From a virus (lineage: Duplodnaviria > Caudoviricetes), in the IMG/VR virus record IMGVR_UViG_3300045141_000380, positions 1-57,730 of that record: DNA of 57,730 nt. The stretch is one strand, 5' to 3'. Each line of letters begins with the position of its first letter. Within the stretch, counting starts at the first letter, position 1. Position numbers and translations under genes: made by a program. The notes under the pieces were generated by a model, which did not search any database, was not told where the DNA came from, and was given only the letters and a program-made list of their open reading frames with translations. Below are positions 8,003 through 17,797 of the stretch, piece by piece.

Positions 8003-10399
8003 ATGGCTATCCCCACTGCGGGGTTTGGCGTCGCAACATCCGGCACGACGCCTCCCCTTACCCCCGTCGGCTCTACCGCCAACACGCTGCAATCGACCGG
8101 GTTCATCCCGGAGATATGGAGTGCAAAACTCGTCGAAAAATTTTATGCGAGTACCGTCTTGTCCGCGATATCGAATACCGATTATGAGGGCGAAATCGCG
8201 AATATGAGCGACCGGGTGAAAATCCGGACAAAACCCACGATCACGATCCGACCCTACCTTGCCGACGGTTTGCTTGGGCTTGATCGCCCGTCCGGCGGCT
8301 CGGTCGAGCTGTATATCGGGAACGGCTACTACTTCAGCCTGATCCTCGACGACGTGATGGAGGTGCAGAGCGATCTCAATCTGCTGAGCATGTGGAGTGA
8401 CGATAATTACGTTGTGTCGTCGGTAAACTAGGTCTAAAAAACTGGAAACCTTTATAAGGTAACCAGAGGGAAGGGATAGCAAGTTGATCTTGAGTGACAA
8501 ATACGCTGCTGGATTTCTTGATGGGGATGGTTCGATTCTTGTCGAGTCAATCAACAATGGTGCTGGAAAACGCCTTGTTTTGGCTTTCCATCAAAAAGAA
8601 TCCAATGGCGGAGTCATCGATCTTCTTGCTCAGCGGTTTTCAGGTGGACTACGGGATGACCGTTCTGGTCGCCGTCGAGGGACTGTAACTCATGCAGCTC
8701 GTCTTCGGTTTACCGGGCAAAAAGCGGTTGATCTGGTGTGCCGGTTGAAACCGTATCTCGTGGCAAAGCGTGTTCGTACTAACCGTATCCTGAGTGAGCT
8801 TGGGTTCACCGAACGGATAGGAACGGACAGCATTCCTGTTTATCCGTCTCGCAATTGGCTGGCGGGTTATTTCGATGCTGATGGTTGTGTGTATGCGCAC
8901 GCGAACAAGCGTACCGCAACTGTCAAACTGTCGATTGATTCCGATGGCCTGGAGAAGGATGGTCTCGTCCTGGTGCAGAAGGCATTTGGCGGGGTCATCC
9001 GGCAGCGAGGCGCGACAGGCAATTGCTGGCGATGGGAAGTTTCTGCGGATGCTGCGTTGGTCCGCAAGTTCTTCGATCCAATCGCGAAGCATCTGACTGT
9101 TAAACGGGAACAGGCGTATTTCATTCTGGGCTGCGCGAGGATGGGACATTTTCGCGACGGTCAGGTGATCGAAGATACGTTGAAGGCCATGAAGACCCAC
9201 CCGCACAGACTAAATGACCTGGCGGCTACTGTGGATGTATCTGCTGTACTTGCTCTAGTGCGTAATGTGCCCGATCCGCAAGGCCGATATTGGCATGCGG
9301 AAGGCGTTTTCTGCCAATGCGGAGGTAAGCCTTACGCTAAAGGCTTGTGCAAGAATTGCTGGCAGAATGAGCGCTATCATAGGCTCAAGCAGCCTACGCG
9401 CCATTATACTAGACGCAAACAGGCAGCGATCCCGGTGGTTGAAGCGATAGTCGGGACGAACGCTTAAAGGCGCTCGTTGGGCAGCACAGCAGTTAAAGAT
9501 CACGGTCGACAAGGACGTGCTCGGTGGGATTGTTGCCAAGGCCAACGCGTTCAACATGGGCGCGACGGCGGGCAGCGTTTCCGGCAACCTGAACCTCGGC
9601 ATCAAGGGCACGCCGCTGACGCTTGTGGGGGCGACGCCCACGACCGGGCAGATAACGATCCTGGATTGTCTGCTGCGGATGGGGCAGTGCCTCGACGAGT
9701 TCAACATCCCGGAGATCGGCCGGTGGGTGGTGATGCCGTCCTGGGCCGGGCGGCAGATCAAGCAAAGCGAACTCCGGCAAGCCTATCTGTCGGGCGATCC
9801 GGTGTCGATGCTGCGCAACGGCCGGCTCGGGATGGTGGACCGGTTCACGATCTATATCTCGAACCTGCTGCCGACGTCGGTTCAGGACGCGACGCATTTT
9901 GCGGCCGGCGAATACCCGATCTTCGCAGGGCATGCTCATGCGATCACGTTCGCGTCGCAAATCAGTAAGGTCGAAACATTGCGTTCCGAGCTGACATTTG
10001 GCCAAATCCTCAGAGGGTTAAAATTAGCTCTCGTTAAACTCCGTGAATTCGTCTGGGAAGCCCTGAGAGCCGAAGCGACCACAGCACAACCGGTAACGGT
10101 ATATGCGACGGTTTGAAAACATTTCGGATTGGGTAATCAGCAGCCAAGCCGCCCTGGAAGGGGTGGAAGGTTCAACGACTAGGCTGAGTAGTCCAGAACG
10201 GACGAAAAGCCCACGAGCGCGGAGCCTGCGCAAGCAGGAAGATATAGTCTGGTCTGCGGCGAAAGTCGCAGGGGGTCGGATAAAGAGCCGACCGATTGAT
10301 CTGATTGTACAGATCATGAAACACAACGTACAAGTGTATGGGTATCAAGTCCTAGACAACACAGCTTTGGTGCAATCGCAGGTCATTTCTGGCGGGTAA
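8003..10399 (+). CDS. major capsid protein (P22 gp5-like coat family), spliced join(8003..8404,9481..10018,10329..10399), 336 aa
   Basis: FIPEIWSAKLVEKFY...ISNTDYEGEI coat motif; joining gives continuous SMWSDD|AAQQLKITVD and FGQILRG-L-QVYGYQVL; exons total 1011 nt in frame. Confidence 0.88.
8405..9480 (+). ncRNA. group I self-splicing intron 1 in capsid gene (1076 nt, contains LAGLIDADG ORF)
   Basis: Exon ends in U8404; P1 GACGAU/GUCGUC(8416-21) with U.G wobble; P10 GUUGU/GCAGC; P3 UAGGUC(8429-34)/GACCUG(9216-21); P4 CUGG/CCAG; P7 CAGACUA(9206-12)/UAGUCG(9448-53); terminal G9480. Confidence 0.9.
8484..9467 (+). CDS. intron-encoded two-motif LAGLIDADG homing endonuclease with C-terminal Cys cluster
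   Basis: YAAGFLDGDGSI and WLAGYFDADGCV motifs; CQCGGKPYAKGLCKNC. Confidence 0.88.
   Translation: MILSDKYAAGFLDGDGSILVESINNGAGKRLVLAFHQKESNGGVIDLLAQRFSGGLRDDRSGRRRGTVTHAARLRFTGQKAVDLVCRLKPYLVAKRVRTNRILSELGFTERIGTDSIPVYPSRNWLAGYFDADGCVYAHANKRTATVKLSIDSDGLEKDGLVLVQKAFGGVIRQRGATGNCWRWEVSADAALVRKFFDPIAKHLTVKREQAYFILGCARMGHFRDGQVIEDTLKAMKTHPHRLNDLAATVDVSAVLALVRNVPDPQGRYWHAEGVFCQCGGKPYAKGLCKNCWQNERYHRLKQPTRHYTRRKQAAIPVVEAIVGTNA
10019..10328 (+). ncRNA. group I self-splicing intron 2 in capsid gene (310 nt, ORF-less, IA-like)
   Basis: Exon ends in U10018; P1 GAGGGU/GCUCUC(10027-32); Q GGGUAAUCAGCAGCCAAG; R UUCAACGACUA; S GAAGAUAUAGUCU; P3 CUCCGUG/CGCGGAG; P8 CCUGC-GCAA-GCAGG; extra stems between P7 and P3; terminal G10328. 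Confidence 0.92.
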
Positions 10400-10476
10400 A
10401 TCAAGAGGTTAGTAAAATCTCTTGACTGCCAGAACATTAGGTAATATGTTCTGGGTTTCCAGTGGAGACCCAGGAC

Positions 10477-11337
10477 ATGACTTGTGGGATTTACTTTATT
10501 CGGAGTCAGAGCGGAAAGATGTACATCGGCTCCTCGATACGGGTCGAGAAGCGCTGCATGCAGCATTTCAGCAATTTGCGTAAAAACCAGCACCATTCGC
10601 GCCGCTTATCAAAGGCATTTGTGAAGTACCAAGGCAAGGGCTTTGAGTGTGGCATTCTTGAAGAATGCCTTCCTGAAGAGTTGGAAGAGCGGGAACAGTT
10701 TTGGATCGATAAACTAAAGCCTCGATATAACTCACGCATGCAAGCGGATTCAAATAGAGGCTTGCGAATGACGGAGGCGGAGCGCGCTGCTCATGTCTTC
10801 CACATGAAAAATATGATTGCAGGCAGGCCGGAATTTCGTGATCACCTCGTCAACCTGAACAAGATGAATTGGGCTGATCCTGAAAAGAAGGCTGCCCGGG
10901 TTGCCTCTTTGAAGTCTGCGTGGACCCCAAAAAAACGCGCTGAGCAGTCCGAAAAACAGAAAGGCATCGACAACGGGAAGGCAGCTCGCGACGCTCGTTG
11001 GGCCAAACCTGGGGCCGGAGAGCGGCAAAGCAAGCTGACTAACCGGATTTGGGATCGCCGCGGTCGCAAAAACACTCCGGAAGCGGTCCACACCAAGGCG
11101 AGCGAACTCGGCTGGGAGTGCAAAGAGATCGGCCCACCAAGCAAGCCGGGTGCTGTTGATGGCCGTGTCACGATTTACTGTCCCAAGCACGACTACACCG
11201 GCATGCCGACCGTTCAAAAGTTGATGTATCAAGGGCAGGGGTGCCGGTACTGTGGCTTTGAGCGCTCATCTGAGAAGCAGATCGGTCGTCCCAAGCGCTT
11301 CGGGCCCCATGGACGCGCCGTCGCGTCAGGGCTATAA
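10477..11337 (+). CDS. free-standing GIY-YIG homing endonuclease
   Basis: CGIYFIRSQSGKMYIGSS...R...H, REQFWID, YN motifs; C-terminal CPKH...GCRYC. Confidence 0.9.
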   Translation: MTCGIYFIRSQSGKMYIGSSIRVEKRCMQHFSNLRKNQHHSRRLSKAFVKYQGKGFECGILEECLPEELEEREQFWIDKLKPRYNSRMQADSNRGLRMTEAERAAHVFHMKNMIAGRPEFRDHLVNLNKMNWADPEKKAARVASLKSAWTPKKRAEQSEKQKGIDNGKAARDARWAKPGAGERQSKLTNRIWDRRGRKNTPEAVHTKASELGWECKEIGPPSKPGAVDGRVTIYCPKHDYTGMPTVQKLMYQGQGCRYCGFERSSEKQIGRPKRFGPHGRAVASGL

Positions 11338-11589
11338 ACGGGGTGGAGGGGCGAGCGCCAACCCGCCCCTCCGGCTTCACGGCATCAGAACCACCGCACC
11401 AGAATAACCAGCCTAGCGCGGCGTTTCCTGATGGTTACAGAGATCACGACGTGCATCGTGGTCTCTCCCCATTTGGCGGACACGGCACGGCCGCTCATCG
11501 CGCCGGGAGGGGCCTAGTCCTCCCGGTGGCGCCGCTGGCCCGGCGCTTCGCCTCGTGCCCGCCAACCCCCCAGCATAGCCATCGACCGA

Positions 11590-11605
11590 TTAAGATTTTC
11601 TTAAC
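11590..11605 (+). promoter_or_regulatory. CtrA-box (TTAA-N7-TTAAC)
   Basis: TTAA GATTTTC TTAAC, 37 bp upstream of the adaptor/tail operon start. Confidence 0.55.
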
Positions 11606-11642
11606 ACTTGCCGGGTAGGCTCGGCCCGGCACGAGGGAGCCC

Positions 11643-12089
11643 ATGGCGACGTCGCCGTCCTATTATGGGAACTACAGCGACCGCGACCAGCCGACGCTCA
11701 ACACGGTCGCCGACTACATGGCGGACGCCAGAACGCTGCTGCAGGACATCATCCAGCCCTATCGCTACGACGATCCTTCCCTGATCACCGCGCTGAACAT
11801 CACCCTGCTCGAAGCCCGCCGGCTGCGCCCCGACCTTTTTGTTTTCAACCTGGAGACCAAGGGGCAGACCCAGTCCTTCACGGAAGTCGACGAAACCTAC
11901 GTCGCCATGGAGCCGCAGTTCCGGCTGGCCATCCTGCACGGGCTGTGCGCTCACGCGCTCGAGCGTGATCAGGAGGACGTGCAGGACGTGCGGGCGTCGT
12001 CGCTCATGGCGCAGTTCAACGCCGGGCTGGTCGGCCGCACGCTCGGCGGCGTGGCCGGCGGCTCCGGTCCGGGGAGGCCTGGACAATGA
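11643..12089 (+). CDS. putative head-tail adaptor protein
   Basis: GAGGGAG RBS; ARTLLQD...YRYDD...EARRLRPDLF motif; position after capsid. Confidence 0.6.
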   Translation: MATSPSYYGNYSDRDQPTLNTVADYMADARTLLQDIIQPYRYDDPSLITALNITLLEARRLRPDLFVFNLETKGQTQSFTEVDETYVAMEPQFRLAILHGLCAHALERDQEDVQDVRASSLMAQFNAGLVGRTLGGVAGGSGPGRPGQ

Positions 12090-12733
12090 GCCGGCACGAT
12101 CAGGACCAATACTGGGCCAAGCTCATCGGCCAAGCCAACGTGGCGCTGTCAGGCGCGTCGCGCGCCGCGATCCAGGTGCAGCTGTTCGACGTTCTGCAGG
12201 AATTCTTCGACCGCTCGAATTGCTGGCAGGAAGCCATCAACTTCACGGTCATTCCCAATACCCTCGAATATCCGCTGCGTCCCGTGACAGGCCGCATCCT
12301 GCGGCTTTACGGGGTGGTTGATCAGAACAATGTGGCGCAGCAGGCCGTCATGCCGGTGATCGGGACGGTGCGGTTTCTGTATCCCTACACCAACACGCAG
12401 CCGATGACCGCAATGGTCGTCAAGAACGTGGCCGATCCGTTCGAATGCTATCCGCCGCATATCCCCGAATGGGTATTGCCGGCGCACGGCATTGGAATTC
12501 TGGATGGCATCCTCGGCAACATGATGCTGCAACCGGGGTTCGGCTACTCCAATGTGGGGCTGGCGCAGTTTCATCTGGCAAAATTCGCGGCTGCGATCGC
12601 CAAGGCGCGGACCGCCATGACGCGCGCCAATACGGTGGGGTCGCAGAACTGGGCCTTCCCGCAGCAGTTCCGGACCCACGGCCAGCGCGGCGGCGTGAGC
12701 ACGGCCAACGTCAACCCGAACACGCTGCGATAG
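12086..12733 (+). CDS. putative adaptor / tail tubular protein
   Basis: EFFDRSNCWQE, ILDGILGNMMLQPG motifs; synteny. Confidence 0.55.
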   Translation: MSRHDQDQYWAKLIGQANVALSGASRAAIQVQLFDVLQEFFDRSNCWQEAINFTVIPNTLEYPLRPVTGRILRLYGVVDQNNVAQQAVMPVIGTVRFLYPYTNTQPMTAMVVKNVADPFECYPPHIPEWVLPAHGIGILDGILGNMMLQPGFGYSNVGLAQFHLAKFAAAIAKARTAMTRANTVGSQNWAFPQQFRTHGQRGGVSTANVNPNTLR

Positions 12734-12735
12734 TC

Positions 12736-13128
12736 ATGAACCAGATGGCCACATGGAGCAGGCACAGCGTCACGTCGGCGAAGTACGACACGGCGGTCGA
12801 TAATAACGGCAGCTGGTCGGAGGCGTTCCAGTTTGGTGATCCGGACGATTTGAGCTGGACGCTGGCGGGATGCAGTTTCGAATTGGATGTCCAGCGCAAT
12901 CCGTACGACACCGTGCCGTTGCTACAGCTGAACACCGGTAACGGACGGATCATCGTCGATGATGTCGTGCAGCGGGTGATTCATTTCGATGTTCTGGCTG
13001 CCGATATCCAGCTCGCGCTGCAGCCTGGCACTTACGTGTACGATCTCGTCATGATCGACAGCTCCGGCAAACGGACGCCTTTGATGCACGGGACTTTGGA
13101 GATCCAACAGGGTGTAACGTATCCCTAG
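12736..13128 (+). CDS. putative fibre-attachment protein (BppU N-terminal-like)
   Basis: LQPGTYVYDLVMID...PLMHGTLEIQQGVT motif. Confidence 0.6.
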   Translation: MNQMATWSRHSVTSAKYDTAVDNNGSWSEAFQFGDPDDLSWTLAGCSFELDVQRNPYDTVPLLQLNTGNGRIIVDDVVQRVIHFDVLAADIQLALQPGTYVYDLVMIDSSGKRTPLMHGTLEIQQGVTYP

Positions 13129-13140
13129 GGCGAGAGGCTC

Positions 13141-13998
13141 ATGCCGCTTCGTACAAATGAGCCAGCTCCTATTGCCACCAGGCCGGTCGTGGTGGTTGGC
13201 GGTCATACCGGACCGCCTGGTGGGCCGAGTGGACCGACTGGGCCGACGGGTGCGACCGGAATAGCGTCTACCGGACCCACGGGCGCCGGCGCATTCACCG
13301 GGCCGACGGGGTTTACCGGTCCGACCGGGCCGGGGGCAATCACGGGCCCGACCGGATCGACTGGGATGACGGGTCCGGTAGCTGCCGGGCTTCCTGGCCC
13401 GACGGGTGCGACAGGTCCCAGCGGAGCCGGGCCGACTGGACTTACGGGCCCGACCGGAGCGCCCGGCACCGCCTCGGGCACTGGGGCGACGGGTCCGACC
13501 GGACGGGTGGGTCAGACCGGTCCGACCGGTGTCCCAGGATCTGCCGTCAATACTGGCGCGACCGGGCCGACCGGCCAGGCTGGCTCTGCCGGGGCTGTAG
13601 GGGCTACTGGAGCGATCGGTCCGACCGGGCCGACCGGCATAGGGCCGACCGGTCCAGCGGGCCCAGCGGGCTCCGGCACGGGTGGCACGGGCGGGTTCGG
13701 CGCCACTGGGCCGACCGGTCCGACTGGTGGCGGTGGAAGCGGCGGTGGCGGGTACACGGCCTCGAGCACGCCGCCGTCGTCTCCGGTCGCCGGCGACTTC
13801 TGGTACGATCTTTCGACCGGCATTCTGGCGATCTGGATTGATGACGGCACGTCTTCGCAATGGGTGCAGGTGGCGCCGCCGTTGATTGGAAGCGGTGGCG
13901 GTGGTGGCGGCGCGATGACGTTGCTCTATCCGGGAGGGTTGTTGTCGGGCCCGGTCGGGGGTGATGTGACGCTGCTTTATCCGGGGGGGTTGGTGTGA
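13141..13998 (+). CDS. collagen-like fibre protein
   Basis: Interrupted GPT/GAT triplets; C-terminal [12 protein letters not shown]...SSQWVQ. Confidence 0.8.
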   Translation: MPLRTNEPAPIATRPVVVVGGHTGPPGGPSGPTGPTGATGIASTGPTGAGAFTGPTGFTGPTGPGAITGPTGSTGMTGPVAAGLPGPTGATGPSGAGPTGLTGPTGAPGTASGTGATGPTGRVGQTGPTGVPGSAVNTGATGPTGQAGSAGAVGATGAIGPTGPTGIGPTGPAGPAGSGTGGTGGFGATGPTGPTGGGGSGGGGYTASSTPPSSPVAGDFWYDLSTGILAIWIDDGTSSQWVQVAPPLIGSGGGGGGAMTLLYPGGLLSGPVGGDVTLLYPGGLV

Positions 13999-14687
13999 GC
14001 ATCAATTTCCCATCGAGTCCGTCCGTTGGCCAGGTCTATACCTACGCTGGGGTGACCTACACCTATTCGCCGCAGGGTGTGTGGGTGGTCAACATGGCAG
14101 CGGCAGGCTCGGGGCCGACAGGTAGCACGGGCCCGACCGGTTCGGCAGGTGTTGATGGCACTGGCGGCACCGGGTCGACAGGTCCGACCGGAGCGGTCGG
14201 TCCGACAGGTAGCGGTGGGTCCGGGACAGGTGGCGTAGGCGGAACGGGACCGACCGGCGCGACTGGGGCCGGGTCGACAGGTCCGACCGGATCGACCGGA
14301 TCGACCGGTGCGGGCGGTTCGGCAGGTGGTGCAGGGGCAGTGGGTCCGACCGGGCCGTCGGGCTCGACCGGACCGGCCGGGACGATCGGAGGTGCCGGGT
14401 TTACGGGTCCGACCGGATCGACGGGCGCTGCTGGATCGGCTGGTGGGGCCGGAAGTCCTGGCGCGCCGGGAAGCACGGGCCCGACTGGATCGACAGGTGC
14501 TGTCGGATCGGCCGGTGGTGCTGGTGCGCCCGGATCGACAGGGCCGACCGGATCGACCGGCACTGCAGGATCGGCTGGTGGTGCTGGATCGACGGGACCA
14601 ACCGGTATGACTGGAGCTGGCGGCGCCGGACCGACTGGGCCGACGGGACCGTATTCGACCATGCTGATTGCGGGAGGGCTGTTCTGA
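13995..14687 (+). CDS. collagen-like fibre protein
   Basis: N-terminal [15 protein letters not shown]; GPTGSTG repeats. Confidence 0.8.
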   Translation: MSINFPSSPSVGQVYTYAGVTYTYSPQGVWVVNMAAAGSGPTGSTGPTGSAGVDGTGGTGSTGPTGAVGPTGSGGSGTGGVGGTGPTGATGAGSTGPTGSTGSTGAGGSAGGAGAVGPTGPSGSTGPAGTIGGAGFTGPTGSTGAAGSAGGAGSPGAPGSTGPTGSTGAVGSAGGAGAPGSTGPTGSTGTAGSAGGAGSTGPTGMTGAGGAGPTGPTGPYSTMLIAGGLF

Positions 14688-14688
14688 A

Positions 14689-17052
14689 ATGGCCTATTAC
14701 GATCTCGTTTGGTATTGCAACGCGGGCGACCAGTCGACGACTGGTTATTACGCAGTATCCAAGCGGCCGCAGAACGCTGCTGTCGCTGCCGGTCAGCTGG
14801 TCCGCCAATTCACCGCACCGACGGTCGGCAACGAGCGGGTGTTCGTTTGCATCGTTGCCGGCACCACAGCCAACGTCACCGACGCGACCTGGGTACTGAC
14901 ACGCGGGGCCAAGACCACGGACAACACCGTGACCTGGATGGAAGTCACGGGCATTGCGGCGGTCAACGGCGACGCAACCAACACGGTGACGTGGAGTGCT
15001 GCCAGGGTCATCAACACAAGTGCCACGCTCGGCACGATCATCAAGCGCAACAACGGGGCCAGCTACTGGATTTGCACCACCGCTGGATCGCTGGGAACAA
15101 GCGAGCCAGCATGGCCGAACGACACAGCGGGGACCACGCAAGCTGACGGGACGACGACGTGGACTTGCCTTGGGGTGGTGGGCAATTTCACCGGAGGGCA
15201 GGCGCCGCACGCGCGGCTTGCCAACGTTTTTGGGACGAGCTGGTTTGCGATTGGCAACACGGTCTATGTCGGCGACAATCATGCCGAGTCGCAGGCGTCG
15301 GCGATCACGATCACACCCATATCTGCTGCTACTCCATATCAGACCAACAGCATAATATGTCATAATCATTCCGGTCCTTATCCTCCTACGTCGCCGACTA
15401 CGGGCGCGACCGTCACGGCGACTGCTTCCTCGAATGTCACCATAAGCCAGACTGGCGGCTGCACTTATGTTTATGGGATTGCTTTTTCGTCTGCGAATTA
15501 TCTTAGTTTGGCGCAAGGAGCTAGCAACTGGTCTTACTACGACAATTGCGTTTTCAAGGAGACAGGTTCTGGCCAGTATATTCTATTGAGCAGCAACAGC
15601 GTCAACGCTCTCATCTGGAACAACTGCAAGGTCTTTTTCGGCGGCACTTCGAACTATATAGATACCCAGAATTTGCAGCAATTCATCTGGCAGAACACTG
15701 GACCGATCCTGGCGGCCGGGTCGGCCGTGCCCACGGCTTTGTTAGGAGCGGACACCGGCAACCGTTTGAATAATGTGACGCTGGAGGCGCTAGACCTGAG
15801 CCAGCTCACCGGGAATCTTCTTGGATATCCTGTTACGTATCAGTTCGCCAACATAGTGGTGAAGGATTGCAAGTTGAATGCCGCGATGACGATCGGTCCT
15901 CCGCAGGCTTTCGGGCAGATCGCCCAGCTTGTTCGCTCCGACAGCAGTGGCACTGGTTACAAGTCTGCGCGCTACCTCTACGAAGGCACCGAGACCACGG
16001 AGACCGCGATCACGCGGGTCGGCGGCGCGGTCGATCCGACCGGGCAGGCGCAGTCGCGCAAGATCGTCACCACCGCCAATATAAACTGGCTCCGCCCGTT
16101 CAAGGCCGAGCCCTACGCGATCTGGAATCCGACGACAGCTGCCAACGTCACGGTGACGGTCTACGGCACCATCAACGCTGGCGCGCTGCCGAACAATGAC
16201 GACATCTGGCTGGAGGTGGAGTATCTCGGATCGTCGGCAAGCCCGCTCGGTACGTTCGTCACTACGACTAAAGCCAACGTGCTGGCGGCCAACGCCGCAG
16301 TGGCGTCGGACGGCTCGACGTGGAACGGTGCCAGTACGTCATTTGCGACATTGGACCCGGCGTCAACGCTCAATGCCGCTTTGTCGAATGGAAATTTAAC
16401 AACAACATATAACGGGTCTGGCACTAACGGCGGTGCCCGCAATACTACGTTCAGAAGCTCCGGCAAATATTATTTCGAAGTCACGGTAGGACAGCACAAT
16501 TCTTCTAACGGCAGCGATACTTTTGGAGTTTTGCTGTCCACTGGCACCATTAACGATTTGGCTGGTAGCGGCAATTGCACTTCGGTTGTTTTTAATTTCG
16601 GCGGGGCGATATGGACGAATAACACTACGAGCGGAAAAACCTTGGGTTCGATTGTCACCGGCGATGTTGTCGGTGCCGCTATTGATCTTGATAATCGCAA
16701 AGCATGGTTCCGCAAGAACGGCGGCAACTGGAATGGCTTGGCCATTGGCTCCGAGAATCCTGCGACCAACACTGGTGGCGTGACGATTGTCAGCGGAAGT
16801 TTTGCCCCTGCCGTCGCATTCAATTGGGCAAACGGCGATGCCATGACGGCCAATTTCGGCGCAATTACTTTTGCAGCCGCTGCACCGAGTGGGTTTACGA
16901 CTTGGCCTACGTCCACGTCCTGGCTCCCCTTCAAGCTGACCACCACGCTGTCCTCGCCGCAGCCGGGATTGGCTGGCTACCTGCATGCGCGGGTGCGGGC
17001 CGCTAAGCCTTCTACGACCTATTATCTGGATCCTCAAATCACGCTGAGCTGA
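14689..17052 (+). CDS. tail fibre / receptor-binding protein with inserted SPRY (B30.2) domain
   Basis: DNTVTW and DGTTTWTC repeats; LSNGNLT...SGKYYFEV...[21 protein letters not shown]...ANFG SPRY signature. Confidence 0.75.
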   Translation: MAYYDLVWYCNAGDQSTTGYYAVSKRPQNAAVAAGQLVRQFTAPTVGNERVFVCIVAGTTANVTDATWVLTRGAKTTDNTVTWMEVTGIAAVNGDATNTVTWSAARVINTSATLGTIIKRNNGASYWICTTAGSLGTSEPAWPNDTAGTTQADGTTTWTCLGVVGNFTGGQAPHARLANVFGTSWFAIGNTVYVGDNHAESQASAITITPISAATPYQTNSIICHNHSGPYPPTSPTTGATVTATASSNVTISQTGGCTYVYGIAFSSANYLSLAQGASNWSYYDNCVFKETGSGQYILLSSNSVNALIWNNCKVFFGGTSNYIDTQNLQQFIWQNTGPILAAGSAVPTALLGADTGNRLNNVTLEALDLSQLTGNLLGYPVTYQFANIVVKDCKLNAAMTIGPPQAFGQIAQLVRSDSSGTGYKSARYLYEGTETTETAITRVGGAVDPTGQAQSRKIVTTANINWLRPFKAEPYAIWNPTTAANVTVTVYGTINAGALPNNDDIWLEVEYLGSSASPLGTFVTTTKANVLAANAAVASDGSTWNGASTSFATLDPASTLNAALSNGNLTTTYNGSGTNGGARNTTFRSSGKYYFEVTVGQHNSSNGSDTFGVLLSTGTINDLAGSGNCTSVVFNFGGAIWTNNTTSGKTLGSIVTGDVVGAAIDLDNRKAWFRKNGGNWNGLAIGSENPATNTGGVTIVSGSFAPAVAFNWANGDAMTANFGAITFAAAAPSGFTTWPTSTSWLPFKLTTTLSSPQPGLAGYLHARVRAAKPSTTYYLDPQITLS

Positions 17053-17056
17053 ATCT

Positions 17057-17797
17057 ATGGCAACACAATCCAGTGTCCCTGCTCCGATCATGGCTCAGCC
17101 GGTTGTCGTTATTGGCGGACCGACCGGGCCTTCAGGAGGACCGACAGGACCGACCGGGCCAATGGGCTCGGCTTCAATCACGGGAGCGACGGGACCGGCA
17201 GGCTCGCTTGGGCCGACAGGACTTACGGGCCCGACCGGGACCCCGGGCGCTGGTGCGTTCACGGGCCCGACTGGCATGACGGGGCCGCCGGGGGCAGGTG
17301 GTCCTGGCCCTGCTGGACCGACTGGTCCTGCTGGGGTCGATGGGGCTGTCGGTCCGACGGGGGCGGGAGGCGCTGGAGCGCCGAATAAGTTATCGACTTA
17401 TTTTGCTTCTCCGACCGGGAACGTATCCACGACCGAGAAAGCGATGGGGTTTGGCGCTTCTTTTCGGCTTACCCCGAATTCGTCCGGGGCTGTGCTCGTC
17501 CTGTTCACCGGCATGGTGGCGAACGCGTCCGCTGCCGGGGATGGCGTCACGATCACGGGCCGTTATGGGACCGGAACGGCTCCAGTCAATGGCGCGACCT
17601 CTGGGTTGGGCACGCAGATGGGCGCGCCGCAGAATTTTGTCGCCTCGACTACGGCGGGACGGCAGGGGTTCAGCGTGCAGACTATCCTGGGCGGTCTCAC
17701 GCTGGGGACTCCATGGTGGTTCGATCTTTCGATCGTTGCCGTCACTGCGGGAGGTGCGACAATCTATGATGTGAACTGTTCGGCATTTGAATTATGA
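17057..17797 (+). CDS. collagen-like fibre protein with C-terminal beta domain
   Basis: GPT repeats followed by globular C-terminus. Confidence 0.75.
   Translation: MATQSSVPAPIMAQPVVVIGGPTGPSGGPTGPTGPMGSASITGATGPAGSLGPTGLTGPTGTPGAGAFTGPTGMTGPPGAGGPGPAGPTGPAGVDGAVGPTGAGGAGAPNKLSTYFASPTGNVSTTEKAMGFGASFRLTPNSSGAVLVLFTGMVANASAAGDGVTITGRYGTGTAPVNGATSGLGTQMGAPQNFVASTTAGRQGFSVQTILGGLTLGTPWWFDLSIVAVTAGGATIYDVNCSAFEL

Noticed and set aside
8003-10399. Capsid pseudogene, intein or frameshift explanation
   Set aside because: In-frame stops lie within the insertions, ruling out inteins; both insertions have group I cores and restore the frame exactly.
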